NCBI GenBank assembly: GCA_963804645.1
Contig: CAWDRG010000017.1
Span: 768,001 to 832,000 of the forward strand
DNA from: an uncultured Bacillota bacterium
Lineage (GTDB): Bacteria; Sysuimicrobiota; Sysuimicrobiia; Sysuimicrobiales; Segetimicrobiaceae
Length of the DNA: 64,000 nucleotides
Direction of reading: 5' to 3'
The notes beneath the pieces were generated by a model that saw nothing but the letters and a program-made list of their open reading frames with translations, did no database searches and had not been told where the DNA came from. How positions within the stretch are numbered: position 1 is the first letter of the stretch; each line of letters starts with the position of its first letter. The translations under genes were made by a program, and so were the position numbers. Below, piece by piece: positions 26,082-36,637 of this stretch.

Positions 26082-26558
26082 GGTATCTCCCTCCTCACGC
26101 ACTCACGCCCCCGGTCCCCGCACCCCTTGCGATCTGATGCGGGTGCGGAGCGGACGGCCGGCGCATCACGCGGTCGCGCGCGCGGCTCTGACCGATGCCG
26201 TTCGTCCTGTGAGCTCGTCCGGCGGGGGGACCGGGGAGACGGGACCCCGGGCCGTCGGGCGTTGGCCCTGGGGCACCGCGGCGTGCCACGCGTCCGGCGA
26301 GCCGCGGACGGCGAATCGGACGTGCGCCCGCCCGAGTGTTCCGCTTCCGTGGCTCAACTCCTCCGGCCGGAGAAGCCCGGCCGCCCGTGCGTCCCGATAC
26401 CGCCGAGCGCATGCGGCACAAAAGTGCTTGGGTCCACCCAGGCGATGTCCTATGCTTTGGGTGCATCATTCCGGCGATGCCGTGTGCACCCGGCCGGACC
26501 GCCCCGCGCACGAGGCGAATCACCGACACGAGACTGGTTGTGGGGAAGAGGGTGAGCC

Positions 26559-27677
26559 GTGACTCGACACTCGATACCGGTGGCGCGGATCTTCGGAATT
26601 TCTATCGGCCTCGATTACTCGTGGTTTCTGATTTTCGTCCTCTTCACGTGGGGACTCGCGACCAACTACTATCCGGCCTCGTATCCCGCGTGGCCCCGTA
26701 CCGAGTACTGGATCCTCGGCGCGGTCTCGGCATTGATGCTGTTCGCGTGCGTGCTGCTGCACGAATTGGGGCATTCGGTCGTGGCCATGCGCTACCACAT
26801 TCCGGTGCGCAACATCACCCTCTTTCTCTTCGGCGGCGTGTCGCAGATCGAGGGGGAACCGCCCAGCGCCCAGGCGGAGTTCTGGATCGCGATCGCGGGG
26901 CCCGCGGTCAGCGGTGCGCTGGCCGTCCTCTTCGCGCTGCTGCGGCCGGCCGTGGCGGCCGTCAGTCCGCTGCTCGCCCTGACGTCGTACCTCGCCTACA
27001 TCAACGGCGCCCTGGCGGTCTTCAACCTCATTCCGGGCTTCCCGCTGGACGGCGGCCGGGTGCTTCGAGCCATCCTCTGGAGCTCGACGCACAGCCTCCG
27101 CAAAGCCACGCTGACGGCCGCCACCGTCGGCCGCTTCATCGGGTTCGTGTTCATCGTCTTGGGCGCCTCGCAGATTCTCGGGGGAAACTTGGGCAACGGG
27201 CTGTGGATCGTCTTTATCGGATGGTTCCTGGAAAGCGCGGCGACCGCCCAGGTCCAGCAGCAGGTCGTCGGAGGCCTGCTGGCGGGGCATACGGCGGCGG
27301 AAGCCATGAACCGCCGTTACGTCAGTGTTCCTGCGGACACCACGCTGCAGGACCTGGTGGACCACCATATTCTCGGGAGCGGAACCCGGACGGTGATGGT
27401 CACGCGTGACGACGACCTCGTCGGTCTCACCACCGTGCACCAGATCGCGGCGGTGCCCCGGGACAAATGGGGCGCGACGACCGTCGCGGATGCGATGACG
27501 CCGATCGCGCGCGTGAAACAAATCACGCCCGCCACTGGACTGTGGGAGGCAATGACGGCCATGGATCGCGACGGCGTGAATCAGCTGCCGGTCACGGACG
27601 ACGGCCGAATTGTCGGAATGCTCGCGCGCGCGGATGTGATCAGCTATCTCAACACCCTCAAAGAGTTGGGCCACTGA
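26559..27677 (+). CDS. Site-2 protease (M50) with tandem CBS domains
   Basis: LLHELGH, FGGVS, IAIAGP, FNLIPGFPLDGGR, C-terminal CBS pair. Confidence 0.95.
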   Translation: MTRHSIPVARIFGISIGLDYSWFLIFVLFTWGLATNYYPASYPAWPRTEYWILGAVSALMLFACVLLHELGHSVVAMRYHIPVRNITLFLFGGVSQIEGEPPSAQAEFWIAIAGPAVSGALAVLFALLRPAVAAVSPLLALTSYLAYINGALAVFNLIPGFPLDGGRVLRAILWSSTHSLRKATLTAATVGRFIGFVFIVLGASQILGGNLGNGLWIVFIGWFLESAATAQVQQQVVGGLLAGHTAAEAMNRRYVSVPADTTLQDLVDHHILGSGTRTVMVTRDDDLVGLTTVHQIAAVPRDKWGATTVADAMTPIARVKQITPATGLWEAMTAMDRDGVNQLPVTDDGRIVGMLARADVISYLNTLKELGH

Positions 27678-27745
27678 CGCATGGCGGCGTGTCGGCGGCT
27701 ACCTCGCGGCCGCCCCGCGCGTGATGACAGAGCGGGTTGACTCAG

Positions 27746-28416
27746 ATGCTGGCAGGTGCGCTGGCTGTCGTGGATCTCGTCTGGCTCCATGCACTCAGTA
27801 CGTGGTCGACCGTCACGTGGGATCACGTGCAAACAGCCGCGCCCAGGCCGGGCCGGGAGCCCCCGCGGCGTCGATCCTCATCACGATCTTGAACACGTTT
27901 CTTCCGTTTCCGACGGACCTCATGATCGTCGCCAACGGCGCGGTCTTCGGGTTTTGGAACGGCCTCCTCGTGTCGATGATCGGCGCGATGGCCAGCGCCT
28001 GTCTCGCCTTCGGGCTCGCACGCCTGGTCGGACGGGGGCCCGCGCGGCGTCTGGTCCCGGCACATATGCTGGCGTGGGTGGACGACACCGTCACGCACGG
28101 GGGATGGCGGTCGGTGCTGCTGATCCAATTCATCCCGCTGCTACCGTACAGTTTGCTCAACTTCGCGTTGGGCCTGACCTCCGTTCCGTGGACGACGTTC
28201 TTGTGGGCCACGGCCGTCAGCATCCTGCCGACGGACCTCATCCTTGTCGGACTGGGACACGGCGTGGCGCGAACCCGGACCGTCCTCTACGGGACGATCG
28301 CGGCCCTTCTCGTGCTGACGATCGTCACGATGTGGCTCCGCCGCCGGCTGGCCCGTGTCCTGAAGATCCCCACGAAATTGGCGGAGGTCCCATCGCCTCG
28401 AAGCACCGCGACGTGA
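27746..28416 (+). CDS. TVP38/DedA (VTT domain) membrane protein; probable 1-nt frameshift near 27841
   Basis: NGAVFGFWNG, AFGLAR..GR, IPLLPYSLLNFALGLT. The hydrophobic N-terminus MLAGALAVVDLVWLHAL.. lies in a neighbouring frame from ATG 27746. Confidence 0.78.
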
Positions 28417-28533
28417 GCCGCGGGCGCGCCCGCGCCGCGATCGACCGAAGCCGGGCGTTGTGCGTGCCGCGTCGGCGGGCCATGGTGCTCCCGTTACCTC
28501 TCCCGCGGGACAGGCGACGCACGTGGTGCCCCT

Positions 28534-29013
28534 ATGAACGTGGAGTATCTGATGCGTTCGAACGTACGCCGCGCGCGGGTGTCAGATGGCACGGAGCTGG
28601 CGAAGCTGTGGGTGCTACTCTGGCCTGATGCATCGCTCGACGACCACCTCGCGGAACTCGGCGCGATCCTGAGCACGGGGACCAATCGGACCGTGCCGAT
28701 GGTCATTCGGGTGTCACACGATGACGCGGGAACCTTAACCGGGTTTCTTGAGGTCGGCCTGCGTTCCCACGCGGATGGGTGCGACCCCGACCGCCCGGTC
28801 GGCTTCGTGGAAGGGTGGTTCGTGACGGAAGGGCTTCGACATCAAGGAATTGGCAGACGCCTCATGCGCGCCGCCGAGGAGTGGGCCCGTCAACAGGGCT
28901 GCCGGGAGATGGCGTCGGACGCGTGGATCGATCACGACGAGTCGCAGCGAGCGCATCAAGCGCTGGGGTTCGAAGTTGTGGACCGGTGCGTACACTTTCG
29001 CAAGACGCTGTAG
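28534..29013 (+). CDS. GNAT acetyltransferase, AAC(6')-I-like
   Basis: LWPDA, GFLEVGLRSHADGC..PVGFVEGWFV, RHQGIGR.L, GCREMASD, HQALGFE. Confidence 0.85.
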   Translation: MNVEYLMRSNVRRARVSDGTELAKLWVLLWPDASLDDHLAELGAILSTGTNRTVPMVIRVSHDDAGTLTGFLEVGLRSHADGCDPDRPVGFVEGWFVTEGLRHQGIGRRLMRAAEEWARQQGCREMASDAWIDHDESQRAHQALGFEVVDRCVHFRKTL

Positions 29014-29078
29014 GGTCCGCGGTCCATTCGCATGATACCGCGATCTCCTCGGCCGCGGTACCGTGCGCGCTGCGATTG

Positions 29079-29498
29079 CTACGCCGGCGTTCCCGGGTCC
29101 GGAATGTCGCAGAGCACGACGCTCTCCTGCTCGTTTGGATCAGTGCGGGCGAGGACAGCGACGCAGGGCTCCGTCATGCTTCGATTGTAGGGCAGGTGCG
29201 GCACGTTCGCCGGAATGTACACGAACTGCCCGGCTCGCGAGATCAGGTGCTGGCGGAGGTCCCGCCCGTGCCACATCCCCGCTTCCCCGGACAGCACATA
29301 GATCACCGTTTCGTGATGCTCGTGGAGATGCGGTTTGGCGCGGCCTCCGGGCGGGATGGTGAGCCTGTGCATGCAGATGCCCGTGGCCCCCACGCTCTGC
29401 GCTGAAATGGCGCCGACGTAATCAAACCCCTGCTTGCCGCGAAACGACTCGTCGGCGGAGAGGACTACGCACGCAGGTTCGTGTGGACGTTGAGACAT
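29079..29498 (-). CDS. Cupin domain protein
   Basis: GKQG..Y..AISA.SVGA.GICMH, PHLHEHHET, YIPANVPHLPYN, RTDPNEQES. Confidence 0.88.
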   Translation of the reverse strand: MSQRPHEPACVVLSADESFRGKQGFDYVGAISAQSVGATGICMHRLTIPPGGRAKPHLHEHHETVIYVLSGEAGMWHGRDLRQHLISRAGQFVYIPANVPHLPYNRSMTEPCVAVLARTDPNEQESVVLCDIPDPGTPA

Positions 29499-29629
29499 GA
29501 GAAATGCCTCCGTGAGGGTGGCGTGCCGTGCTTGCCCATCAGCGATGCTATCCGCGAAGCCTTGCGAAGCCGTTGCGAACCCCTTGCAACTCCCGGAACA
29601 CGAGCGCACGCGGACACGCGTAAGAGGGG

Positions 29630-29705
29630 TGGTGCCGGGAGACGGAGTTGAACCGCCGACACGGGGATTTTCAGTCCCCTGCTCTACCACCTGAGCTATC
29701 CCGGC
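29630..29705 (-). tRNA. tRNA-Phe (GAA)
   Basis: Reverse complement GCCGGGATAGCTCAGGTGGTAGAGCAGGGGACTGAAAATCCCCGTGTCGGCGGTTCAACTCCGTCTCCCGGCACCA; encoded CCA. Confidence 0.98.
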
Positions 29706-29724
29706 ACGCCAGCGAACGCCTCCG

Positions 29725-29754
29725 AGTATAACGAATCGCCGCTCCCCGGGGCAA
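29725..29754 (-). promoter_or_regulatory. Sigma70-type promoter of tRNA-Phe
   Basis: TTGCCC-18 nt-TATACT on the minus strand. Confidence 0.6.
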
Positions 29755-29830
29755 GGGGACGGCCCTCGGGTGCGTGCCGTACAATCGCGACCGCACCGCG
29801 GGATAAAAGCCGAGCGAGGAGGTAAGCCGC

Positions 29831-30098
29831 ATGGTGACCACGAGAGACATCGAGAGATATCGTCAGGTGATCCAGGAAGCCGTCGCCGATCTTGGGCGCG
29901 AGGACATGGGGGTCGGCGACGTTCGGGTCGCGCAGCACGGGGTGCTCGCCGTCGAGTTCCGACGGGGCACCCACGCGGGATGTCCGCGAGATTCCGGTCA
30001 ACGAACCGCAGAACCGGGAGAGTGCGCACCAGGCGGTCATGAAGGCGATCCGGCCGCTGAGTAAAGCCATCGAGCAGGACGAGATGCGGAACGCGTGA
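29831..30098 (+). CDS. Small hypothetical protein (about 88 aa) with apparent +1 frameshift near 29978
   Basis: AGGAGGT RBS. MVTTRDIERYRQVIQEAV..EFRRGTHA joins DVREIPVNEPQNRESAHQAVMKAIRPLSK if one G of a GGG run is removed. Confidence 0.6.
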
Positions 30099-30180
30099 CA
30101 TCGCGGCAATTCCCGCGGGGACGTCGTGTGGCCGGCCCTGACGGGCCGGCCACACGCGCGCTCCGCCGCATCGAGATCGG

Positions 30181-31437
30181 CTACTGGATCGTCACTTGGA
30201 TGCTCGACGGGTCCGACTGCATCCCATCGATGATCTGGGTCGCCGTCACCACGTACGGGAATGAGACGGCCGGCAGGGACTGCACGTTGAGCGACACCGC
30301 CCATGCTCCGGCACCGTCGGCCTGCGTCGTCCCCTGAACCGTCCGTCCCAACAGTCGCGGCTCGGCCGTGACGACGATCGTGGCGCCGGGCCGCGCCCGG
30401 CCGCTGACCACAAACGTGTTGCCGACGGTCGCGTTGTTGGTCGGCGCGCTGATCCCCGGTGCACTGAGACCGACCGGGACGGGCACCATCGTCGAGACCG
30501 GGAACGTCACGGCCACCTCATACGCTTGGTTGGTGCCCTGGACCAAGGAGAACTGCGCGTCGCGTCCGGGCTGGATGACCTCGAATCCCGCGCTCTGCCC
30601 GTTCAGCGTGATCTGCGCGTCGGGCAGCACCACGTACGTCTGCCCGTTCGCCAGCCGCACCGTCCGGTTGGTCACGCCCGCGATGCGGCCGCCCAGGAGC
30701 GCTTGGTACGTCGCCGTAATCTTCGCCGCCTGGCCCCGGTCGTTCATCTGGACCGCCACCATGTCCCCGCTGCGCAGCGCGCCCAGCGCCGCGGAGCCGC
30801 CGGCGTTCGTCCCGGCATTATTCCGATAGATCGCGGTGCCCGCGGTCACAGGGACGGTGACGTCCTGCCCGCTGGTCCGCACGACAATCGAGGGGGTCGG
30901 CCCCATATTCACGGCCACCAACCGGCCGGAGATGGCCGGTGCCTGCGCGACGGGCGGAAGAGTGCTCGGAACCGTCACCGGGATCGAGGCGGCCGCGCCA
31001 CTCGCATTGATGAGGATGGTGTCATTCGCCGCGACCCACTGAACTTCGGCGCCCAACCCCGCGCTGATGAACCGAAGCGGCACCATCGTCCGTCCGCTGA
31101 TGGTAAACGCGGGGACGCCGAGCATCTCGGGCACGCCGTTCACCATCGCCTGACGCGACCCCACGGTCAGTTCCACATTCTGCGAGCCGTCCGTGACGTT
31201 AATCTGCTGGGTCAGGGGATTGTAGTCTACGGTCGCACCGAGGCTCTCGAAGATCCCGCGCATCGGTACGAGAACGCGACCCTGAATCACAGTGGGGGGC
31301 ACGTCGAAGTTGACGACGCGTCCGTTCACGTAGACCGTGATTGGGGCAACCGGCTGGGCGAACCCCGTGCCGGGTGCAATGAGGGCACCCACAACCACCG
31401 CCAGAAGAACCACGCCAAGTCTCTGTTTCATGCGCAT
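30181..31437 (-). CDS. Secreted protein with copper amine oxidase-like N-terminal (stalk) domain and C-terminal Ig-like domain
   Basis: Signal peptide; VYVNG..FDVPP..GRVLVPMRGIFESLGA, GRTMVPLRFI..LGA.V.W; VSGRARPGATI. Confidence 0.85.
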   Translation of the reverse strand: MRMKQRLGVVLLAVVVGALIAPGTGFAQPVAPITVYVNGRVVNFDVPPTVIQGRVLVPMRGIFESLGATVDYNPLTQQINVTDGSQNVELTVGSRQAMVNGVPEMLGVPAFTISGRTMVPLRFISAGLGAEVQWVAANDTILINASGAAASIPVTVPSTLPPVAQAPAISGRLVAVNMGPTPSIVVRTSGQDVTVPVTAGTAIYRNNAGTNAGGSAALGALRSGDMVAVQMNDRGQAAKITATYQALLGGRIAGVTNRTVRLANGQTYVVLPDAQITLNGQSAGFEVIQPGRDAQFSLVQGTNQAYEVAVTFPVSTMVPVPVGLSAPGISAPTNNATVGNTFVVSGRARPGATIVVTAEPRLLGRTVQGTTQADGAGAWAVSLNVQSLPAVSFPYVVTATQIIDGMQSDPSSIQVTIQ

Positions 31438-31677
31438 CCCATCTTTCTCGCGGTCGTCGCACCCGCTTGGTCTGTGTGCCTTAGCGTACCGGGGCGAGCA
31501 TGTCCCGTCTGTTCAATTGCGCACACTCGTTCGGACGCACGTCCTGCGAATCACACTGTAACGATACCCGCCTCCCCTGCAAGGCAAACGCGACGGCCGT
31601 GCCCCGCCGAAGGAGTGGGCGCCGCGTGCGCGAATGCTCTCGTCGCGGATGGTCGCGCCACCAGGAGGTGTCGAGAC

Positions 31678-33642
31678 ATGCTGACACGCGGCTACCAACG
31701 TCCACTGGCGCGCGTAACGCAGCCCCTGATCCGCCGTGCCGGTCACCTCGAGCCGGCAACCTGGCACGACGCGCTGGACCTCGTGGCGAACCGCTTCGAC
31801 GAGATCCGCCGGACCCACGGCGCAGACGCGTTCTGCTGCTTCAGCTGCTCCAAAGCGTCCAACGAGATGAACTTCGCCGCCCAGAAGTTCATGCGGACGG
31901 TGATCGGCACCAACAATATCGACAGCTGCAACCGGACCTGACACGCGCCCAGCGTCTCCGGTCTGGAGACGGTGTACGGCGCGGGCGGCGGGACGACGTC
32001 CTATGAAGAACTGGCGCACACGGACCTCTTGTTTCTCTGGGGGGCCAATCCACGCGAGGCGCACCCGATCATGTTCCACCACATGCTGCAGGGCGTACGG
32101 CGCGGCGCCCGCATGATCGTGGTCGACCCGCGGCGGACGCCGACCGCGCAGCTCGCGCACACGCACCTGCAGATCCGCGTCGGGGCCGACATCGCGCTCG
32201 CGAACGCGATGGGGCGCGTCATCCTCGAGGAGGGGCTGCAGCACCGCGAGTTTATCGAGCAGGCGACGCGCGGCGTCGACGCATACCGCGCGCAACTGGA
32301 CGAGTATACGCCCGAGTTCGCGGAGCGCGTGAGCGGCGTGCCGGCCGCGACGATCCGCGAGGTCGCCCGAGCGTACGCCGCGGCGCCGAGCGCGATTCTG
32401 TGCTGGACGCTGGGCATCACCGAGCATCACAACGCGACCGACGGCGTCTACGCGCTGTGCAACCTGGCAAACCTCACCGGCCACGTCGGCCGCTACGGCT
32501 CCGGGCTCGACCCGCTGCGCGGCCAGAACAACGTGCAGGGCGGAGGCGACATGGGGGCGGTCCCCAACCGCCTGCCCGGCGGCGCCGACGTCGAGGACCC
32601 GGCCCAGCGCGCGCCCTATGAAGCCGCCTGGGGGATGGCCCTGCCGCCGAAGCGCGGCCTGCACCAGAGCCTGATGTTCGAGGGCATGGAGCGGGGCGAG
32701 ATCCGGGCGGCCTACATCATCGGCGAAAACCCGCTCATGTCCGAGGCCAATCAGACGCGGGCCCGCGCGATGCTCGGTCGGCTCGAATTCGTCGTCCTGC
32801 AGGACGTGGCGCTCAACCAGACGGCCGAGATCGCGGACGTCGTCCTGCCGTCGGCGCTGTCGTGGTGCGAGTGCGACGGCACCGTCACGAACTCCGAGCG
32901 CCGCGTGCAGTTGATGCGGAAGGCCCTCGACCCGCCGGGCGAGGCGCGCGACGACATCCTGATTCTGCAAGACCTCGCCCGCCGCATGGGCCACGCGTGG
33001 AGCTACACCTCTGCCGAAGATGTGTGGAACGAGGTCCGGCGGGTCTCGGCGAGGCACCGCGGCATGTCGTACCGTCGGCTCGCGGAGGCGGGGGGCCTCC
33101 AGTGGCCGTGCCCGGAGGAAGGCCATCCCGGCAGCCAGTTTCTGCACGCCCGCCTCTGGCAGCGGCCCGTCGAGGGAGCGCGGGCCCCGTTCATGCCCGT
33201 GCAGTGGGAGCCGCCGGTCGAGCAGCCGGACGACGCGTATCCGTTCCTGCTGACCACAGGGCGCAAGCTCGAATTCTACAACACGGGGACGCAGTCGCGA
33301 GGCTACGCGGCACCCCGGCCCCAGATGGAGTTCCTGCGCATCTGGCCGGAGGACGCGCGGCGGCTCGGCATTGAAGACGGCGACCTGGTCCGTGTGCGGT
33401 CGCGGCGCGGATCCGTGCTACTGCCGGCCGCACAGGACGACACGCTCGCCCCGGGGCTGTGCTTCATGACGCTGCACCATCCGGAGCTGGTGCCGACGAA
33501 CGTGCTGACGATCGATGCCTGGGACCCCAAATCGGGCACCGCCGAGTTCAAGGCGACCGCGGTTGCCGTCGAGCGCGTCGCGCCGCGCGGCGCGTGGAGC
33601 GAAGACCGCATCGGAGAGGAACGCGACGTCCGTGCCGGTTGA
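31678..33642 (+). CDS. fdhF: Formate dehydrogenase catalytic (Mo/W-bis-PGD) subunit with selenocysteine at TGA 31939-31941
   Basis: AGGAGGTG RBS + ATG 31678. NNIDSCNRT-TGA-HAPSVSGL continues in frame into the 31972 ORF. PLRGQNNVQG, GENP, ADVVLP, NSERRVQ, LTTGR, EFKATAV. Confidence 0.9.
31953..31971 (+). promoter_or_regulatory. Candidate bacterial SECIS element
   Basis: Stem-loop cgtctcc-ggtct-ggagacg starting 12 nt after the UGA, with G in the apical loop. Confidence 0.7.
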
Positions 33643-34165
33643 GCCGAACCCGGCCCACGCCACCTCCGAGGCGGAACGCGCGGCGGTCGACCGGGCGCTC
33701 GCGCGCCTCGGCACCGCGCCGCGTCGAACGGAGCTCGTACCCCTGCTCCACGCGCTCCAGGACGATCTCGGCTGGCTGCCCACGGGGGCCCTCCAGCTGC
33801 TGGCGGATCGGATGAACGTGCCGTTCCCCGACGTGTGGGGCGTGGCAACGTTCTACTCGATGTTCCGCCTCGATCGGCCCCACGGGGTGACCGTCCATGT
33901 CTGCGACGATGTCCCCTGCCGGCTGCGGGGCGCCGACGCGCTGCTGCGGGACCTTGAGGCGCGATACGGCGCGCCCCGGCGGTTTGGCGGGGACGCGCAC
34001 GCGGCGCCGGCCGCGGACCGGGCCGCCGCGGTCGAGTGGGAGGCCGTCCCCTGCCTCGGGCAGTGCGACCGCGCGCCCGTGGCCGTCGTGGGCGGCCGCC
34101 TCCACCCCGAGGCGACGATCGAGGAGATCGCCGCCGCCGCGAAGGGCGGAGCCGCCGATGCCTGA
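33632..34165 (+). CDS. NuoE/FdsG-like 2Fe-2S subunit
   Basis: LHALQDDLGWL, GVATFYSMF, VCDDVPC, CLGQCDRAP. Confidence 0.9.
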   Translation: MPVEPNPAHATSEAERAAVDRALARLGTAPRRTELVPLLHALQDDLGWLPTGALQLLADRMNVPFPDVWGVATFYSMFRLDRPHGVTVHVCDDVPCRLRGADALLRDLEARYGAPRRFGGDAHAAPAADRAAAVEWEAVPCLGQCDRAPVAVVGGRLHPEATIEEIAAAAKGGAADA

Positions 34166-35385
34166 GACGCGCCGCCTGCTCGCGAGGGTCGGGACCACGG
34201 ATCCCGAGCGCCTCGAAGACTACCGGCGCACGGGCGGCTACGGCGCCCTCGCCACGACGGTGGAGCGCGGAGCGGAGTGGGTGCTGCCGGAACTGGAGGC
34301 CTCCGGGCTGTGGGGGCGCGGCGGCGCGGCGTTTCCCACGGGCCGGAAGTGGCGGGCGGTCGCCGGGACCGCGGGGCGCCGGCGGGTCGTCTGCAACGCC
34401 GACGAGAGCGAGCCGGGCACGTTCAATAACCGCGTGCTCATGGAGGGCGATCCGTTCGCGGTCATCGAGGCGATGACGATCGCCGGGTTGACCGTGGGGT
34501 CCGAGGACGGGCTGATCTATGTCCGCGGAGAGTACGCGCTCGCCGCGGAACGCCTGCAGCACGCGATCACGCAGGCGGAGCGCGCGGGCCTGCTCGGCTC
34601 CGACGTCGCAGGCTCGGGCCGGACGTTTCGCATCAGCGTCTTCCGCGGCGCCGGCGCGTACATCTGCGGGGAGGAGACCGCGCTCTTCAACTCGGTCGAG
34701 GGACGGCGCGGCGAGCCGCGCAACAAACCGCCGTTCCCCACTCAGGTCGGCCTGTTCGGCGATCCGACGCTCATCAACAACGTGGAGACGCTCTGCAACG
34801 TCCCGATGATCCTGACCGAGGGCGCGGCCAGCTTCCGGCGGTACGGGACCGACCGGTCGGCCGGCACGAAGCTGTTCTGCGTCAGCGGCCACGTCGAGCG
34901 CCCGGGGGTCTACGAGGTGCCGTTCGGAATGCCCACTCGGAGAGCTGCTCGCGCTCGCCGGCGGCGTCTGGCGGGGCCGGCGCCTCCAAGCGGTGCTCTG
35001 CGGCGGCGCGGCGGGCACGTTTCTCGGACCCGACCGCCTGGGCCTGCCGCTCACGATCGAAGACCTCGCGGTCGTCGGCGGGACTCTCGGCTCAGGCGCC
35101 GTGATCGTGCTGGATGAGACCGCGCGGCTCTGGGACGTCGTCCTGCGCGTCGCGCGATTCTTTCAGGAGGAGTCGTGCGGCCAGTGCGTGCCGTGCCGCG
35201 TGGGCACGCAGCGCCAACTCGAGATCGTCGCGCGCCTCGCGGCCGGACGGGCGCGCGAGGACGATGCCGCGCTGCTGCGCGAGATCGGCGCCGCGATGAC
35301 CGACGCGTCGATCTGCGGATTGGGCCAGACGGCGGCGGGCGCGGTCCTGAGCGCGCTCGCGCTCGAAGGAGGGGCCTCGGCATGA
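34158..35385 (+). CDS. NuoF/FdsB-like NADH/FMN-binding subunit; +1 frameshift at about 34935
   Basis: GRGGAAFPTGRKW, CNADESEPGTF, GAGAYICGEETAL, NNVETL, then ESCGQCVPCRVG and SICGLG in the next frame. Removing A34935 joins MP/LGELLALAGG. Confidence 0.9.
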
Positions 35386-36233
35386 CGGTCTCGATCGAGA
35401 TCGACGGCCGGCCGGTGGATGCGGACGAGGGCATGACCATCCTGCAGGCGCTGCGGCGCGCCGGCATGAACGCGCCCACGCTCTGCTATCACCAGAACCT
35501 GACGCCGGTCAACGCGTGCCGGGTCTGCATGGTCGAGCTCGAGGGAAGCCGCACGCTCGTCCCGAGCTGCTCCCGCCGCGTCGAGGCGGGGATGAAGATC
35601 CGCACCACGACCGAGCGGGTGCGGCGGGCCCGGCGGGTGGTGCTGGAGCTGCTGGCCTCCTCGATCGACACGTCGACGGCGCCGGAGCTGCTGGCCTACG
35701 TCACCGAGTACGGGGCCGATCCCGCGCGGTTCGGCGCCGACGTGCGCCGCGTCGACGAGCCGCTGCGCGACGATAACGCGCTGTACGTGCGCGAGTACAG
35801 CAAGTGCATCCTCTGCTACAAGTGCGTCGAGGCGTGCGGCGAGGACGCCCAGTTCACCTTCGCGCTCTCGGTCGCGGGCCGCGGATTCGGCGCCCGGATC
35901 GACACCGGCGCGGACACGCCGCTCCTCGATTCCCGATGCGTGTTCTGCGGCAACTGCGTCGCCGTCTGCCCGACCGGGGCACTGATGCCCTCGATCGAGC
36001 ACCGGATGCGGCGCGACGGCGAGTGGGACGAGCCGCGGCAGCACGTCGCGGAGACGATCTGCCCGTACTGCGGCGTGGGCTGCGCGGTGGAACTGCACGT
36101 CCAGGACAATCGGATCGTCAAGGTCACGTCGCCCGCGGACCACGCGGTCACACACGGAAACCTGTGCATCAAAGGACGGTTCGGCTTCACGTACGTCCGG
36201 CCGGACGACCCGTCCCCCGGCGCCAAACGCTGA
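35382..36233 (+). CDS. Fe-S subunit equivalent to the N-terminus of FdsA/NuoG (2Fe-2S, 2x4Fe-4S, plus molybdopterin-oxidoreductase Fe4S4 domain)
   Basis: PTLCY, CRVCMVE, CILCYKCVEAC, CVFCGNCVAVCPTGAL, TICPYCGVGC..LCIKGRFG. Confidence 0.92.
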   Translation: MTVSIEIDGRPVDADEGMTILQALRRAGMNAPTLCYHQNLTPVNACRVCMVELEGSRTLVPSCSRRVEAGMKIRTTTERVRRARRVVLELLASSIDTSTAPELLAYVTEYGADPARFGADVRRVDEPLRDDNALYVREYSKCILCYKCVEACGEDAQFTFALSVAGRGFGARIDTGADTPLLDSRCVFCGNCVAVCPTGALMPSIEHRMRRDGEWDEPRQHVAETICPYCGVGCAVELHVQDNRIVKVTSPADHAVTHGNLCIKGRFGFTYVRPDDPSPGAKR

Positions 36234-36313
36234 CGCCCTGGATGCGGCGAGGAGCGGACACGAGTTTCGGAGACGCGGGCGCGCGTGTGACGGAAACGGC
36301 GCGGTGCTAAAGC

Positions 36314-36391
36314 TGGCGGGAGCGACGGGATTTGAACCCGCGATCTTCTGCGTGACAGGCAGATGTGTTAACCAGGCTACACCACGCCCCC
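36314..36391 (-). tRNA. tRNA-Asp (GTC)
   Basis: Reverse complement GGGGGCGTGGTGTAGCCTGGTTAACACATCTGCCTGTCACGCAGAAGATCGCGGGTTCAAATCCCGTCGCTCCCGCCA. Confidence 0.98.
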
Positions 36392-36419
36392 ACGAAAGGC
36401 GGCACTCCCGCCACAACAA

Positions 36420-36449
36420 AGTCTACGGGCCGGTCCGCTACCCTGTCAA
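36420..36449 (-). promoter_or_regulatory. Sigma70-type promoter of tRNA-Asp
   Basis: TTGACA-18 nt-TAGACT on the minus strand. Confidence 0.7.
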
Positions 36450-36637
36450 TACATTCGGGTGACTGCCGCGCACACGAACTCAACCGCGACCTGCGTCCCC
36501 GTCATCTCGGTCTCGCGGCCGCGCGCGACCCGCCCAGGCCGATTCCGGATCTCCTGACTCGGCGCGTCGAGGTTCGTCGCCGGCACCGTCGAAGTGAACC
36601 CACGGCTCTACGCGAACCACAATGGGGAGGGGACAGC

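Noticed and set aside
26100..26550. Small gene or ncRNA in the long gap between the VOC and site-2 protease genes
   Set aside because: Candidate frames lack a convincing start/RBS combination or recognisable motif.
30526..31941. 471-aa plus-strand ORF
   Set aside because: Mostly antisense to the stalk-domain gene. Only 31678-31941 is real (Fdh N-terminus up to the Sec codon).
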